A stretch of 64,000 bases of DNA from contig DXJO01000010.1 in assembly GCA_019057475.1 (NCBI GenBank), forward strand, positions 320,001 through 384,000, read 5' to 3'. Within the stretch, counting starts at the first letter, position 1. Each line of letters begins with the position of its first letter. Origin of the DNA: Candidatus Thorarchaeota archaeon (lineage in GTDB: Archaea; Asgardarchaeota; Thorarchaeia; Thorarchaeales; Thorarchaeaceae). Below the pieces are notes generated by a model, which saw nothing but the letters and a program-made list of their open reading frames with translations, made no database searches and was not told the origin of the DNA. Below, piece by piece: positions 9,871-19,564 of this stretch. The position numbers and the translations under genes are program-made.

Positions 9871-10239
9871 TTGCAGTTTCCAGATTTCCCGTTTGATATA
9901 TTCGATTTCTTCGGTACATTCATGATTCTGATGCTCATCGTGCCACTGATCTTTTTCGTGGTAGTTGTGATTATCATGGTGAAGGTATGTAGGTCCAGCT
10001 CAGTCATATCGAAGGCAGTTGATAGCTTCGTTGTCGAGGCACCACACTTTGCGATTCCCGAGTATCAGAGAGGGAAAACGAGAACTGATGGCGCACAGAT
10101 AAAGACCGTGCGACTACCGACCACATGCCCTACCTGCGATGCAGCCATCTCCCAAGAGAAGATTGACTGGGTTGGCCCATTGGAGGCACAATGCAACTAC
10201 TGTGGAGCCACCGTCAGGGCGAAACTAGAGAGCATGTAG
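9871..10239 (+). CDS. Membrane protein with C-terminal zinc ribbon
   Basis: One TM helix; CPTC...CNYC; AGGAGAG SD. Confidence 0.7.
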   Translation: MQFPDFPFDIFDFFGTFMILMLIVPLIFFVVVVIIMVKVCRSSSVISKAVDSFVVEAPHFAIPEYQRGKTRTDGAQIKTVRLPTTCPTCDAAISQEKIDWVGPLEAQCNYCGATVRAKLESM

Positions 10240-10334
10240 GGCTGAAGATAACCAGTATTCATTCCCTTGCAGTGCAATCTCTCTCCATAAGATTCTATAG
10301 CCAGTCGAGTATGACTCACGCGAGGTCTTGACGA

Positions 10335-11378
10335 TTGAGAGGACTCATGAAAACAGCACGAGGCGTTGGCAACATCAAGATTCGTGATGTTCCTGTTCCC
10401 AAACCTACTGACGACGAGGTTCTCGTTGAAGTGGCCGCTGCCGGTATCTGTGGAACTGACATCCACATCAAACATGACCAGTCGTTTTACACGCCCCCTG
10501 TGATCTTGGGGCACGAGTACTCAGGCAAGGTCGTGGAAGTGGGTGCCGATGTTAATCTAGTGCGGGTGGGTGACCTAGTTGTATCCCCAGCCACTGCGTA
10601 TTGCGGGCAATGCTACCAGTGCAAGACGGGGCACATGAACAGATGCACCTTCAAGGACAGGCGGATTCTTGGTGTTTCGAAGGCCGACGGGGCCTTCGCT
10701 CAGTACTTGACCGTGCCTGAGTACATTATTCATCACATTCCGAAGGGCGTATCGATGGAGGCGGCGGCACTCGCTGAGCCAACCGCATGCGTAGTCCATG
10801 CCCTAGTCGAAAAGACACCCATCTGTGCTGGTGACATTGTTGTGGTGCAAGGACCTGGAACCATGGGTCTTCTTTCGGTTCAAGTCGCAAAGGCGATGGG
10901 CGCAGGAAAGGTCATTGTGACTGGCGTATCTTCAGACCGGTGGAGGCTCGATATTGCAGAGCAGACCGGGGCCGATGTAACAATCGATGTCCAATCGGAG
11001 TCCGACCCAGTGAAGGCAATCTTAGACCACTCAAACGGTCGCGGCGCAGACGTCGTAGTTGAAGCTTCAGGCGCGTGCATTGCTTGCGAACAGGCACTAG
11101 ATTTCGTGAAGGTTGCAGGCCACATCTCTCTGGTTGGAGTACGTGGCAGACCCGCCGAGGTCAATTTAGATTATATGATTGAGAAAGAGCTGACAATGAC
11201 AGGCACTTGGGGGACTCTTCCATCCTCATGGGTGACGACGCTCAGACTCATGGAAACAGGCAAAATCGATGTTCTTCCTCTCATCACCCATAGATTGTCC
11301 CTGGATGAATGGGAACGCGGATTTGAGCTCATGGAAACGCAGCAAGCAATCAAGGTTCTCTTCACCGATCTGAAGTAA
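10335..11378 (+). CDS. Zinc-dependent MDR alcohol dehydrogenase (threonine/sorbitol dehydrogenase-like)
   Basis: GICGTDIH, LGHEYSG, CGQCYQC...C, GPGTMG. Confidence 0.9.
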   Translation: MRGLMKTARGVGNIKIRDVPVPKPTDDEVLVEVAAAGICGTDIHIKHDQSFYTPPVILGHEYSGKVVEVGADVNLVRVGDLVVSPATAYCGQCYQCKTGHMNRCTFKDRRILGVSKADGAFAQYLTVPEYIIHHIPKGVSMEAAALAEPTACVVHALVEKTPICAGDIVVVQGPGTMGLLSVQVAKAMGAGKVIVTGVSSDRWRLDIAEQTGADVTIDVQSESDPVKAILDHSNGRGADVVVEASGACIACEQALDFVKVAGHISLVGVRGRPAEVNLDYMIEKELTMTGTWGTLPSSWVTTLRLMETGKIDVLPLITHRLSLDEWERGFELMETQQAIKVLFTDLK

Positions 11379-11422
11379 ACTCCTAGTCCGATGTGATTGT
11401 CGATTCTGTGCAGGTAATTTCC

Positions 11423-11788
11423 CTAGCGCCTAGGCTTCCACCTATCAAGAGCATCTTGGACAACAGCAACATGTGATGCCGCAGGGCCTCCACCCATGAC
11501 AATGGCGACTGCACATGCCTCCATTATCTCTTCTCTCGTGACTCCGGCGGCAATGGCTTGCTTAGTATGATACACCATGCAGGACTTACAGGGCGCCAGC
11601 ACTGACGCAACAATGCAGATTATCTCCTTAAACTTGGCAGACAGGGCACCGTCAACATGAACTGTTTTTAGAAGGTCAGAAAACGCGTTCCTAGTATCAG
11701 GGATATCCCTGTTCAAAGCTCCAAAGTGCTTCATGAAATCCTTGAGTATCTTCTCGACATCCTCTGGCATTATTTGGGGTCTCCTCAC
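11423..11788 (-). CDS. Carboxymuconolactone decarboxylase/AhpD-family protein
   Basis: DGALSAKFKEII, CKSCMVYH, AGVTREEI, MGGGP. Confidence 0.85.
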   Translation of the reverse strand: MRRPQIMPEDVEKILKDFMKHFGALNRDIPDTRNAFSDLLKTVHVDGALSAKFKEIICIVASVLAPCKSCMVYHTKQAIAAGVTREEIMEACAVAIVMGGGPAASHVAVVQDALDRWKPRR

Positions 11789-11799
11789 CGATCAATTGT

Positions 11800-12597
11800 C
11801 TATCTTGGGGCGGGTATCCCCAAGTTCCACTCATCGAGGCTGTAGCGGCTCTGATATAAAACCTCTGCAGTGTTTACCTCCGTCTGGGTCAGGTTTCCGG
11901 ATTCCACGTTCTCACCTGAGAATGTGGCTACGCTCCTAACAATGGCTGCCCTAATTTCAACATCCGAAGGTCTTGAACTAACCTCCGCAGAGATGTTTGT
12001 CACTACGTCCCTCTTACTCAGCTTGCATCTGATTCTCGTTCGGTTTCTCAAGTATTTCGTTTGGCCAGTTGGTGCATCTAAGGACCTCTCGAGGGTGTTG
12101 ATGTTTGCGTCAATCAAGAGTGTGCCATGAAGAAAGGATACTCCCCGCTTTATCCATCCTGCGGTTCCTGTGACCTTTTTCTTTCCGATTCTAAGGCATG
12201 AACTTTCCGCATCGTATGCAACGGGTATTCCTATCTCACGGAGTCCGTTTGCGATGCTGCCAACAAAGCCTTGGTACAACTTCTTCAAACTCCTGGGAAC
12301 ATACGGCTTGCGCTGGTCCGCACAAATGGTGAAGTTCAGGTTACCACTGCCATGATATACTGCTCCTCCTCCGGTGAAACGCCTCGCAATTCGAATGCCC
12401 TCTTTCTGGCAGTACTCTAAATCCACTTCCTTGTGCACGCACTGAAATCTGCCAATAACTACGGATTTGTCTGATTGCCATAGGCGGAGCGTGTTGGTTT
12501 TCTCGACCGAATCCGCATTTACTCTGGCAAGCGACTCCTCTATCGATAGGTTGCGATAGATGTCCAGTTCTTCGTCTTCTATCACTCGCCAGACCAT
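11800..12597 (-). CDS. lplA: Lipoate-protein ligase A, catalytic domain
   Basis: LRLWQ, VVIGRFQ, RRFTGGGAVYH, KKVTG, HGTLL; near the E2 gene. Confidence 0.88.
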   Translation of the reverse strand: MVWRVIEDEELDIYRNLSIEESLARVNADSVEKTNTLRLWQSDKSVVIGRFQCVHKEVDLEYCQKEGIRIARRFTGGGAVYHGSGNLNFTICADQRKPYVPRSLKKLYQGFVGSIANGLREIGIPVAYDAESSCLRIGKKKVTGTAGWIKRGVSFLHGTLLIDANINTLERSLDAPTGQTKYLRNRTRIRCKLSKRDVVTNISAEVSSRPSDVEIRAAIVRSVATFSGENVESGNLTQTEVNTAEVLYQSRYSLDEWNLGIPAPR

Positions 12598-12685
12598 GAT
12601 ACGACCAACATCACTTCTTAGTCAGAGCAGAACGAAATCTGGAAGCCTGCATCGAACTTAACACTTTGGCACAACGAGAATGAAT

Positions 12686-12795
12686 GCCGGTGGTGGAGGT
12701 CACCACCGGCTGGTGAGCCTCGGAGGAGAGAAACCTATCGGAGGCTCGGAACAGATGTCGTTTTCGAGGCGTGACGCAGAGAGGTAGTCTGCGCC
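12686..12795 (-). ncRNA. Candidate small RNA with three GC-rich hairpins and CU-rich (anti-SD-like) loops
   Basis: Stems 12773-12795, 12715-12747 and 12686-12710; a G.U pair forms only on the minus strand; TTTAAA box 25 nt upstream. Confidence 0.45.
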
Positions 12796-12817
12796 GGAAG
12801 TTGAACCCTCGCTGAAT

Positions 12818-12826
12818 GATTTAAAG
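12818..12826 (-). promoter_or_regulatory. Putative TATA box for the candidate sRNA
   Basis: TTTAAA at 12825-12820, 25 nt from the first G of hairpin 1. Confidence 0.4.
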
Positions 12827-12883
12827 TCCGATAATTCCTTACACCTGCAGGTTTCCCAACTCGCGCCTGAAGGATAAGTTCAA

Positions 12884-13120
12884 GTGAAAACGCTTCAGCT
12901 TGAAATCGACACGAAACCACTTAGGCACGCAAAAACGGGGATTGAATGTGAGAACTGCGGGGGGACCGACTGGGTCCTCACAATCTATGAGATGCGAGTA
13001 ATGGGTAGAACAATCACGTATTCTGCCTTGAAGTGTAAGGGTTTCGGGATGACTTACCCTCTACAAGAATTGGGCAAGAACGTGAATAAAGAAACTGTTG
13101 TTTCAACGCTTCGTCAGTGA
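12884..13120 (+). CDS. Small zinc-ribbon-like protein
   Basis: CENC and CKGF (fourth Cys replaced). Confidence 0.5.
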   Translation: MKTLQLEIDTKPLRHAKTGIECENCGGTDWVLTIYEMRVMGRTITYSALKCKGFGMTYPLQELGKNVNKETVVSTLRQ

Positions 13121-13136
13121 CTGCCTGCTCGACGAA

Positions 13137-13460
13137 CTAACTGAACGGGGTCGCACACTCATGGCAGTAGCTTGACCCGGGCCGTGTCTTGGCACCACAG
13201 CTTGGACAACGTCTGGGCACTCGAGATGCTCCCCTTCGGGGGCTCAGAACGAATCTACCACTACTCCTGATGTTCCGCAAGCCGATTTTGTCAGCATAGA
13301 ACTCTGTGTAGCCACATTCCGAACATGTGAACGTCTCCAATGTGGCGGTGGATAATCCTGGAAGATCAACTCTGATGTGATGGCCATCTCCCCCATGCAC
13401 CCTATGTGGTCCCGCAATTCGTTTACCTCCGCACTTTGGGCATGTCCTTGACTTAATCAT
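13137..13460 (-). CDS. Double zinc-ribbon protein
   Basis: CPKC, CSECGYTEFY, CPSC, CHEC; GAGGTG SD. Confidence 0.8.
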   Translation of the reverse strand: MIKSRTCPKCGGKRIAGPHRVHGGDGHHIRVDLPGLSTATLETFTCSECGYTEFYADKIGLRNIRSSGRFVLSPRRGASRVPRRCPSCGAKTRPGSSYCHECATPFS

Positions 13461-13563
13461 CTTGACACCTCATATTCACTCCAAGCTCAGGAATTATCTA
13501 CTTTCCCTCGCCCTCCATGCTGTATGTGCGCATGAAAGGTCATAACCCTTTTGATTGCTTTGT

Positions 13564-14784
13564 CTAGATTTTCATGAAGAAGGGACTCTCAAGTACATCC
13601 TTAAGGGCGGCAAGGAACTGACCTGCAGGCACACCATCTAGCACTCTATGGTCCACGGCACAGCTGGCCATCATCATGCTCCTTACAGTAATTATATCAT
13701 CTATCACTACTGGCTTCTTCTTGACCTGTCCAAGCGCCAAGATTGCGCTCTCGGGTGGATTGATTACCGGGATAAATAGGTCAACTCCGAATGACCCCAG
13801 GTTCGAAACAGTGAATGTGCTTTCAGCCAGGTCTTCAGGCTCCAATGCACTCTCTTTTACCTTCTTTCCAAGAGCCCTTATTTCCTGAGCAATCTGTGTG
13901 AATGACTTCTTGTTGGCCGCTTTCACTGTTGGGACAATAAGTCCATCTTCAGTAGCCATAGCAACTCCGATGTTTATGTCAGAGAACATACGAAATTCAT
14001 TTCCAACAAGCGTGGCGTTGAATCTAGGGAACTTCTCAAGGGTGTCTGCAACTGCCTTTACAATGATATCGTTGAAAGAAACCCTGAATCCGAGCTTCTT
14101 CTGAACCTTCTTGTTTATCTCTTCTCTGAGAGCAACGGCCTCGCTCATGTCAATCTCAGTGATCATGGTGATGTGAGGGTGCTGCCAGCTCTGAGTCATT
14201 CTGCGAGCTATGGTTCTTCTCAGGGGCGTCAGTGTTTTTGTCCCGCGCACCTTTCTTGAATCTTTTATCGTCATTGCAGCTGGTTGTGCTACGATGTCAT
14301 TCTCTACGATTCTCCCTCCAGGTCCAGTTCCTATGATAGGGGACAAGTCTACTCCAAGTTCCTTGGCTTTTTTCTTTGCTCTGGGCGAAGCCTTGATTCT
14401 TCCGCTAGGCAATCTTGTTTCTGTAGCTTGAACTTCTTGTGGACCCGCCGTTTTAATCGGGGTTGCCTTTGCGGGCACTGGCCATGCGGGAGCAACTAGC
14501 GCGGGTTCATTGAGTTTCTTGGGTCTGGTGTCAGGTATCTTCTCGCCCTTCTTACCGATGAATGCGATGGGTTCGCTGATGGGGATCTCGTCATTCACGT
14601 CACAGAGTATCTTCAGTATGACGCCATCGGCGGGAGCCTCCAATTCAAACTCATTCTTCTCCCCAAATATCTCGACCACTAGGTCACCTTTCTTGACTGC
14701 ATCACCCTCTTTCTTGAGCCACTTCAGAATGACTCCATACTCCATGGCGACGCTCATGCGTTGCATGATCATAGTAGTGACCAT
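13564..14784 (-). CDS. 2-oxoacid dehydrogenase E2, dihydrolipoamide acyltransferase
   Basis: Lipoyl domain (EIFGEKNEFELEAP), E3-binding ASPRAKK...GTGPGGRI, catalytic DHRVLDG; start reassigned to ATG at 14784. Confidence 0.92.
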   Translation of the reverse strand: MVTTMIMQRMSVAMEYGVILKWLKKEGDAVKKGDLVVEIFGEKNEFELEAPADGVILKILCDVNDEIPISEPIAFIGKKGEKIPDTRPKKLNEPALVAPAWPVPAKATPIKTAGPQEVQATETRLPSGRIKASPRAKKKAKELGVDLSPIIGTGPGGRIVENDIVAQPAAMTIKDSRKVRGTKTLTPLRRTIARRMTQSWQHPHITMITEIDMSEAVALREEINKKVQKKLGFRVSFNDIIVKAVADTLEKFPRFNATLVGNEFRMFSDINIGVAMATEDGLIVPTVKAANKKSFTQIAQEIRALGKKVKESALEPEDLAESTFTVSNLGSFGVDLFIPVINPPESAILALGQVKKKPVVIDDIITVRSMMMASCAVDHRVLDGVPAGQFLAALKDVLESPFFMKI

Positions 14785-14794
14785 AGGTTTCACC

Positions 14795-15769
14795 TTACAC
14801 GATTTCGCGTACTGCGCTAATGATTCTATCCTTGTCTGGAATGAATGCCTGTTCAAGAGGGGGACTGAATGGAACCGGAGTATCAGGCGCGTTGACTCTC
14901 TTGATGGGCGCATCAAGCCAATCGAATGCTTCCTCTTGAACAATAGCAGCAATCTCAGCAGTTGTTGCTCCGGTTTTCGTTTCCTCTGTCACGAGAACAA
15001 GGCGTCCAGTCTTCTTCACTGAGTCAATGAGGGTCCTCTTGTCCAGAGGTACCAATGTGCGCGGATCAATAACTTCCGTACTGATTCCTTGCTTGGCTAG
15101 CTCGTCTGCGGCCTCAATGGCCTTGTGCACCATGAGGAATGTCCCCCATATCGTGACATCGTCGCCCTCTCTGTGAACTCTTGCCTTGCCGAACGGGATT
15201 AGATATTCTTCGTCAGGTACTTCCTCCTTTCGGTCATAGACAAGCTTATGCTCGAAGAACATTACTGGATCAGGGTCTCGGATGGCAGTCTTGATGAGGC
15301 CTTTAGCATCATAGGCAAAGGATGGTACAGCGATCTTGAGCCCAGGTGTGTGCATGAACCAAGCTTCAAGGCTCTGTGAATGATGAGAGGCGAGATTCTT
15401 TCCTCCTCCAAACACACTTCGCAGAACAAGCGGGACTGAAGTCTGTCCTCCGAACATATACCTCAGCTTCGCGGCCTGGTTGCAGACTTGGTCCATGGCC
15501 AGTGTGATGAGGTCTCCGAACATTATCTCCGCAACTGGAATCATCCCGGTGATGGCCGCTCCCAGCGCAGCTCCTGCAATTGCGTTCTCAGATATCGGAG
15601 TGTCTCGGACTCTGTCATCCCCAAATTCCTCCGCAAGGCCTTTCGTGACCTTGAAAGCCCCGCCCCAGTTGCGACCAATGTCCTCTCCCATAATGAAGAC
15701 TCTCTCATCGCGCAACATCTCCTCACGAAGGCCTTCCTTGAGGGCATCTCTGTAGGTCTTCTCAGGCAT
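14795..15769 (-). CDS. 2-oxoacid/acetoin dehydrogenase E1 beta subunit
   Basis: MGEDIG, RVRDTPISE, EIMFGD, HHSQSLE, PVPFSPPLE. Confidence 0.93.
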   Translation of the reverse strand: MPEKTYRDALKEGLREEMLRDERVFIMGEDIGRNWGGAFKVTKGLAEEFGDDRVRDTPISENAIAGAALGAAITGMIPVAEIMFGDLITLAMDQVCNQAAKLRYMFGGQTSVPLVLRSVFGGGKNLASHHSQSLEAWFMHTPGLKIAVPSFAYDAKGLIKTAIRDPDPVMFFEHKLVYDRKEEVPDEEYLIPFGKARVHREGDDVTIWGTFLMVHKAIEAADELAKQGISTEVIDPRTLVPLDKRTLIDSVKKTGRLVLVTEETKTGATTAEIAAIVQEEAFDWLDAPIKRVNAPDTPVPFSPPLEQAFIPDKDRIISAVREIV

Positions 15770-16738
15770 CTAGGCCACCCCCGCGAAGACATCATCCAGT
15801 ACTTCCTGTGGTTCTGGGTACTCGGATTTCACTGCGAAATCAGCAGCATTGTCGACTTCCTTCTGCAGCTTCCTTCGAATGTCCTTGGCTTCTTTCTTTG
15901 TCAGCGCCTTCTTCTCCAAGGCAATGTTCTGAATGGTTTCAACGGCATCCTTGCTGAGCCAGAAATCGACCTCTTCCTTGGGCCTGTACTTGGCCGGGTC
16001 GAATCTTGAATGTCCTCGCATTCGATAAGTTTGACATTCTATCAGGCTGGGTCCGCCGCCCTTTCTGGCTCTTTTCACAGCCTCTATGGTGGCTTCATAG
16101 ACCTCTACCGCGTTGTTTCCATCTACCACACAGCTTGGAATGCAGTATGCCTCAGCTCTCTGTGCAATGCTCTGACTGGGACAGGTTAACGCAATTGGCG
16201 TACCCATCGCATAGAAGTTGTTCTCGACAATCCAAATCACAGGCAGTTTCCAGATTGCTGACAAGTTGAGGGACTCACCGAAAGTTCCGTTGTTTGAAGC
16301 ACCATCGCCAAAGAAACAAGCGACAACCTCCTTGGTTGCTCTCATTTGGCATGAGAGCGCAGCACCTGCCGCGATGGGCAGACCAGATGCCACAACACCT
16401 GTGGCCCCGAGCACTCCAGCTTTAAACTCCGTGATGTGCATTGAGCCGCCCTTGCCCTTGCATGAGCCAGTTCGCTTGCCAAGTAGTTCAGCCAGTGCCG
16501 CGTTCATGTCTGCACCCTTAGCAACGACATGACCATGACCCCTGTGTGTGCTCTGAACCCAGTCGCTCTTCTTCAGTGCCGCTGTCACTCCAGCCGCCAC
16601 CGCTTCTTGTCCTAGGTATAGATGCAGCGTTCCTGGAACAAGATTCTCTCCGAAGAGGTCCCAGACCTTTTCTTCAAAGAGGCGAACCTTCAACGTTCGC
16701 GTGTACAAATCGACGAGCTTCTTCTTTGTGACTGCCAT
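15770..16738 (-). CDS. 2-oxoacid/acetoin dehydrogenase E1 alpha subunit (TPP-dependent)
   Basis: GQEA, STHRGHGH, GKGGSMH, FFGDGA...ENN, TYRMRGHS; start reassigned to ATG at 16738. Confidence 0.93.
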   Translation of the reverse strand: MAVTKKKLVDLYTRTLKVRLFEEKVWDLFGENLVPGTLHLYLGQEAVAAGVTAALKKSDWVQSTHRGHGHVVAKGADMNAALAELLGKRTGSCKGKGGSMHITEFKAGVLGATGVVASGLPIAAGAALSCQMRATKEVVACFFGDGASNNGTFGESLNLSAIWKLPVIWIVENNFYAMGTPIALTCPSQSIAQRAEAYCIPSCVVDGNNAVEVYEATIEAVKRARKGGGPSLIECQTYRMRGHSRFDPAKYRPKEEVDFWLSKDAVETIQNIALEKKALTKKEAKDIRRKLQKEVDNAADFAVKSEYPEPQEVLDDVFAGVA

Positions 16739-16952
16739 TATATAATTCGCCTGCCCGACAGAGAGCTTCTGGGCGCCTCCGAGAGTCACACCAGATAAAG
16801 GCTTCGAAGTAGATACCATGAAGGGCTTCCCGCGGAACCCATTGCAACCATGAAACTCATATCGCGGTGCGCGCGAACCAAACACAGACAGCAAGAACGC
16901 GTTGTGGTCGATAATGGATGCCATTGCAGCGTGAAATGAGGAATGGAACTCC

Positions 16953-17741
16953 ATGAATGATAGGCGTGACGCCCATTCGGAGCTGAGAGGGGGTTATGAA
17001 GCTGCAGCGGAATTCTACGATCTCTTCGCAAAGAATGACGACATCCCATTCTACCTTGACTATGCTCGCAGACAGGGGTCTCCGATTCTGGACCTCGCTG
17101 CGGGTGCGGGGCGTGTTTCTTTTGCTCTCGCACGTGAGGGCTTTGAGGTCGTGGCATTGGAGAGGTCTGAAGATATGCTTCGAGTGGCAAGGCAGCGTCA
17201 CAATGACCTGACAGAGGTCATCGCGAAGCAAGTGACCATTATTGAAGGGGATTTTACAGACTTCACGCTGAACCAGCAATTCTCTCTTATCATCATTCCT
17301 GCATCCTTTGGGCATGCGTTGACGAGGGATGAACAGCTCTCCACTCTATCGTGCGTGAGGTGCCATCTTCGGGATAACGGCTTATTCATACTTGATTTGT
17401 TTCCAGGTGGTGTACAGCCAGAGCGTGCGTTTTTCGAGGATGTTCCTGTAGAGCTACCCGATGGGCGTATCGTCAGGCGTGTTGGAGAGATGCGCGTCGA
17501 CCCAGCGCGTCAGATTCTAGAACTGAAACTTCACTTCATCATAAGCGACCCGCAAATCGAGCCCAAAAAGGAGGAATGCTTTGAGCTTCTATCTGGAGCA
17601 GCACTGATCCACAACCGAGAGGCTAACATGTTGATGAGAATGAGCGATTTAGAAATAGTGGAGGAGTTCGGTGACTTCGATAGGCGCCCCTTCAGCTCCG
17701 ATTGTGGAAGGAGAATCTTGGTTCTTAGGAAGAGTTCTTGA
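16953..17741 (+). CDS. Class I SAM-dependent methyltransferase
   Basis: AEFYDL, ILDLAAGAGR, GDF, HLRDNGLFILD. Confidence 0.85.
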   Translation: MNDRRDAHSELRGGYEAAAEFYDLFAKNDDIPFYLDYARRQGSPILDLAAGAGRVSFALAREGFEVVALERSEDMLRVARQRHNDLTEVIAKQVTIIEGDFTDFTLNQQFSLIIIPASFGHALTRDEQLSTLSCVRCHLRDNGLFILDLFPGGVQPERAFFEDVPVELPDGRIVRRVGEMRVDPARQILELKLHFIISDPQIEPKKEECFELLSGAALIHNREANMLMRMSDLEIVEEFGDFDRRPFSSDCGRRILVLRKSS

Positions 17742-17749
17742 TGAATCTA

Positions 17750-17782
17750 GAAAAACAAAGGAAGGGCCAATCAATGGCCCCT
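17750..17782 (-). terminator. Hairpin plus U-rich tract after the bactofilin-like gene
   Basis: GGGCCA-N5-TGGCCC followed on the minus strand by TCCTTTGTTTTTC. Confidence 0.4.
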
Positions 17783-19030
17783 TCACTTGCCTTTCACTTC
17801 GTCAGGAGAAGGCAACTGGTCGACTTTTCTGGGTTCTTGTCTAAACTCGACACCTTTCTCCGATTCCAGTGATTCAGTGTACAGTACCTCGCCTGTAACG
17901 ATGGCATCACGCTCGATGTATATCGTGCGGCCATAAACGCTCTTCACCCTAGCGCGCTCCTCGATTCGGATATCATCACCATAGAGTGAGTCCGTCCTTG
18001 CGCGTTCGCGGATTAGAATCTCCTTTGAGTGCACAAAGCCGCTGACTTCGGCCTTCTTGCCAATTCGGAATCCATCTTCGGCATAGGTTTCTTCGGCATC
18101 AAGTCTCCCGCCAACTATAATGCGAAATGTCTTGATCTTGCCGCCCACCTCAATTCTGCCGCCTACCTTTATCTTCCTTTCACAGGTCAGGTCGGCTCCG
18201 ACTTCAATTTTCCCTCCGACATCGATATCATCACTTAGGTGGAGTGAGCCATCCACGCGGACTTTCCCGCCCACGTCGATTGTTTGGCCAGTCGCGTCAC
18301 CATCGATGCCCACACTACCTCCGACGTCAATGCTACCGAAGGTTAGGTCACCTGATCCCTTGAAGGAGCCTCCCACATCAACAGAGTCCACCTTTGAACC
18401 AGAACCAACTCTTGCAGATCCACCCACATCAATCTCTTCAACCTCAACAGCTCCCTCGGCCTTGAAGCTTCCACCTATGTTCACCTTGCCAATGCGGCCA
18501 ACTGTGCACTTGCCGGATCCACCGACGTCCAGCTCATCGCAATCGATACGGCCTTCAACCTTGATCGATCCTCCGGCGTCCAATCTTAAGACCTCTGCAT
18601 CACCCGCAATCCTGATTGAGCCGCCTCCGTTCAGTCGCCTTGCCTTGGCGTTTCCGCCAACTCTGATTGATCCACCACCCTTGCCAGAGTCACATGTCAA
18701 GTCCTTCTCGACACGCAATGAACTGCCTGCCTCTATTACGCGGGCACTGGCACTTCCTGTTACCTCTAATGTACCATTTCTTACAACAGCGCTTTCTTCA
18801 ATAATCAGGTCGCCGTTCACAAGAATGCGGTTTCTGGTTTTAGCCTCTAAATTGCGAGCTCTTAATGAGCCATCAATCTCTAGCTCACCCTGCACGTACA
18901 GAGTCCCAGCGATCACAATCTCAGAACCTTGCTGTGGAACCAAGTGTCTGCATTTCTTGATTTCAACGTCGCCCTCAACTGTTCCGAGCTCGACGGTTTC
19001 TTTGTTTTCAAACTTCAATCGTTCAGCCAT
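17783..19030 (-). CDS. Bactofilin-like / polymer-forming cytoskeletal beta-helix protein
   Basis: Many ~17-aa repeats of the type [IV]DVGG[SK]hxhxGxh; ends with VYGRTIYIERDAIVTGEVLYTESL. Confidence 0.7.
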   Translation of the reverse strand: MAERLKFENKETVELGTVEGDVEIKKCRHLVPQQGSEIVIAGTLYVQGELEIDGSLRARNLEAKTRNRILVNGDLIIEESAVVRNGTLEVTGSASARVIEAGSSLRVEKDLTCDSGKGGGSIRVGGNAKARRLNGGGSIRIAGDAEVLRLDAGGSIKVEGRIDCDELDVGGSGKCTVGRIGKVNIGGSFKAEGAVEVEEIDVGGSARVGSGSKVDSVDVGGSFKGSGDLTFGSIDVGGSVGIDGDATGQTIDVGGKVRVDGSLHLSDDIDVGGKIEVGADLTCERKIKVGGRIEVGGKIKTFRIIVGGRLDAEETYAEDGFRIGKKAEVSGFVHSKEILIRERARTDSLYGDDIRIEERARVKSVYGRTIYIERDAIVTGEVLYTESLESEKGVEFRQEPRKVDQLPSPDEVKGK

Positions 19031-19135
19031 TTTTTATTTGTCCTTGGCTTTCTTCCTATGTATAGCACGGGATTTTTGGTATATAAAGCGGAACCACAAT
19101 GAGAGGTCACAAGATGTGACTATTCCCAAAGCCCC

Positions 19136-19450
19136 CTACATACCTATGATTGGGTCCGGGATAGGTATTCCTACAAGCCCTGCCATCCTCTTGTATAATT
19201 CTAGGTACTGATGTCCACGGACTGTGACTTTGTAGACCCTCCTACCGTCATCATCTTCATCTTCGAGAAGGCCTCTATCCAATAGCTCTGTGAGGCTAGT
19301 CTTTGCACGGTCTACTGGCATGTTTGTGGATCGGGCTGCGCGAGTCAGTGGACAGTGGCCATAGATATAGATCACACGGATGAGCTCTGCATAGATGTCA
19401 TATCTCGTCCGTTTCAGACGCTCTTTCTTCTTCTTGGCCATTGAATGCAA
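19136..19450 (-). CDS. Winged-helix transcriptional regulator (archaeal wHTH)
   Basis: KRTRYDIYAELI...LTRAARSTNM...LLDRGLL...YKVTVRGHQYLELY. Confidence 0.8.
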   Translation of the reverse strand: MHSMAKKKKERLKRTRYDIYAELIRVIYIYGHCPLTRAARSTNMPVDRAKTSLTELLDRGLLEDEDDDGRRVYKVTVRGHQYLELYKRMAGLVGIPIPDPIIGM

Positions 19451-19564
19451 CCGACTCCTAGCACACTTCTCAGCATAAAAAAGCAGTGAATGACTGCCTT
19501 CTGAGAGTATCGCCTAGCAATCTTTATGACCGGCGCCTTGGCTGAATTCATGCCGGGGAAGCCA

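Noticed and set aside
12600-12880. SRP RNA, RNase P RNA or mini-CRISPR interpretation of the hairpin cluster
   Set aside because: No SRP helix-8 or RNase P P4 consensus; the stems are not repeated sequences separated by spacers
14785-16954. N-terminal extensions given by the ORF track for E2 and E1-alpha
   Set aside because: They overlap neighbouring genes or promoters; family homology starts at 14784 and 16738
18120-19211. 363-aa Pro/Ser/Thr-rich + strand ORF
   Set aside because: Antisense shadow of the Gly-Gly repeat bactofilin-like gene
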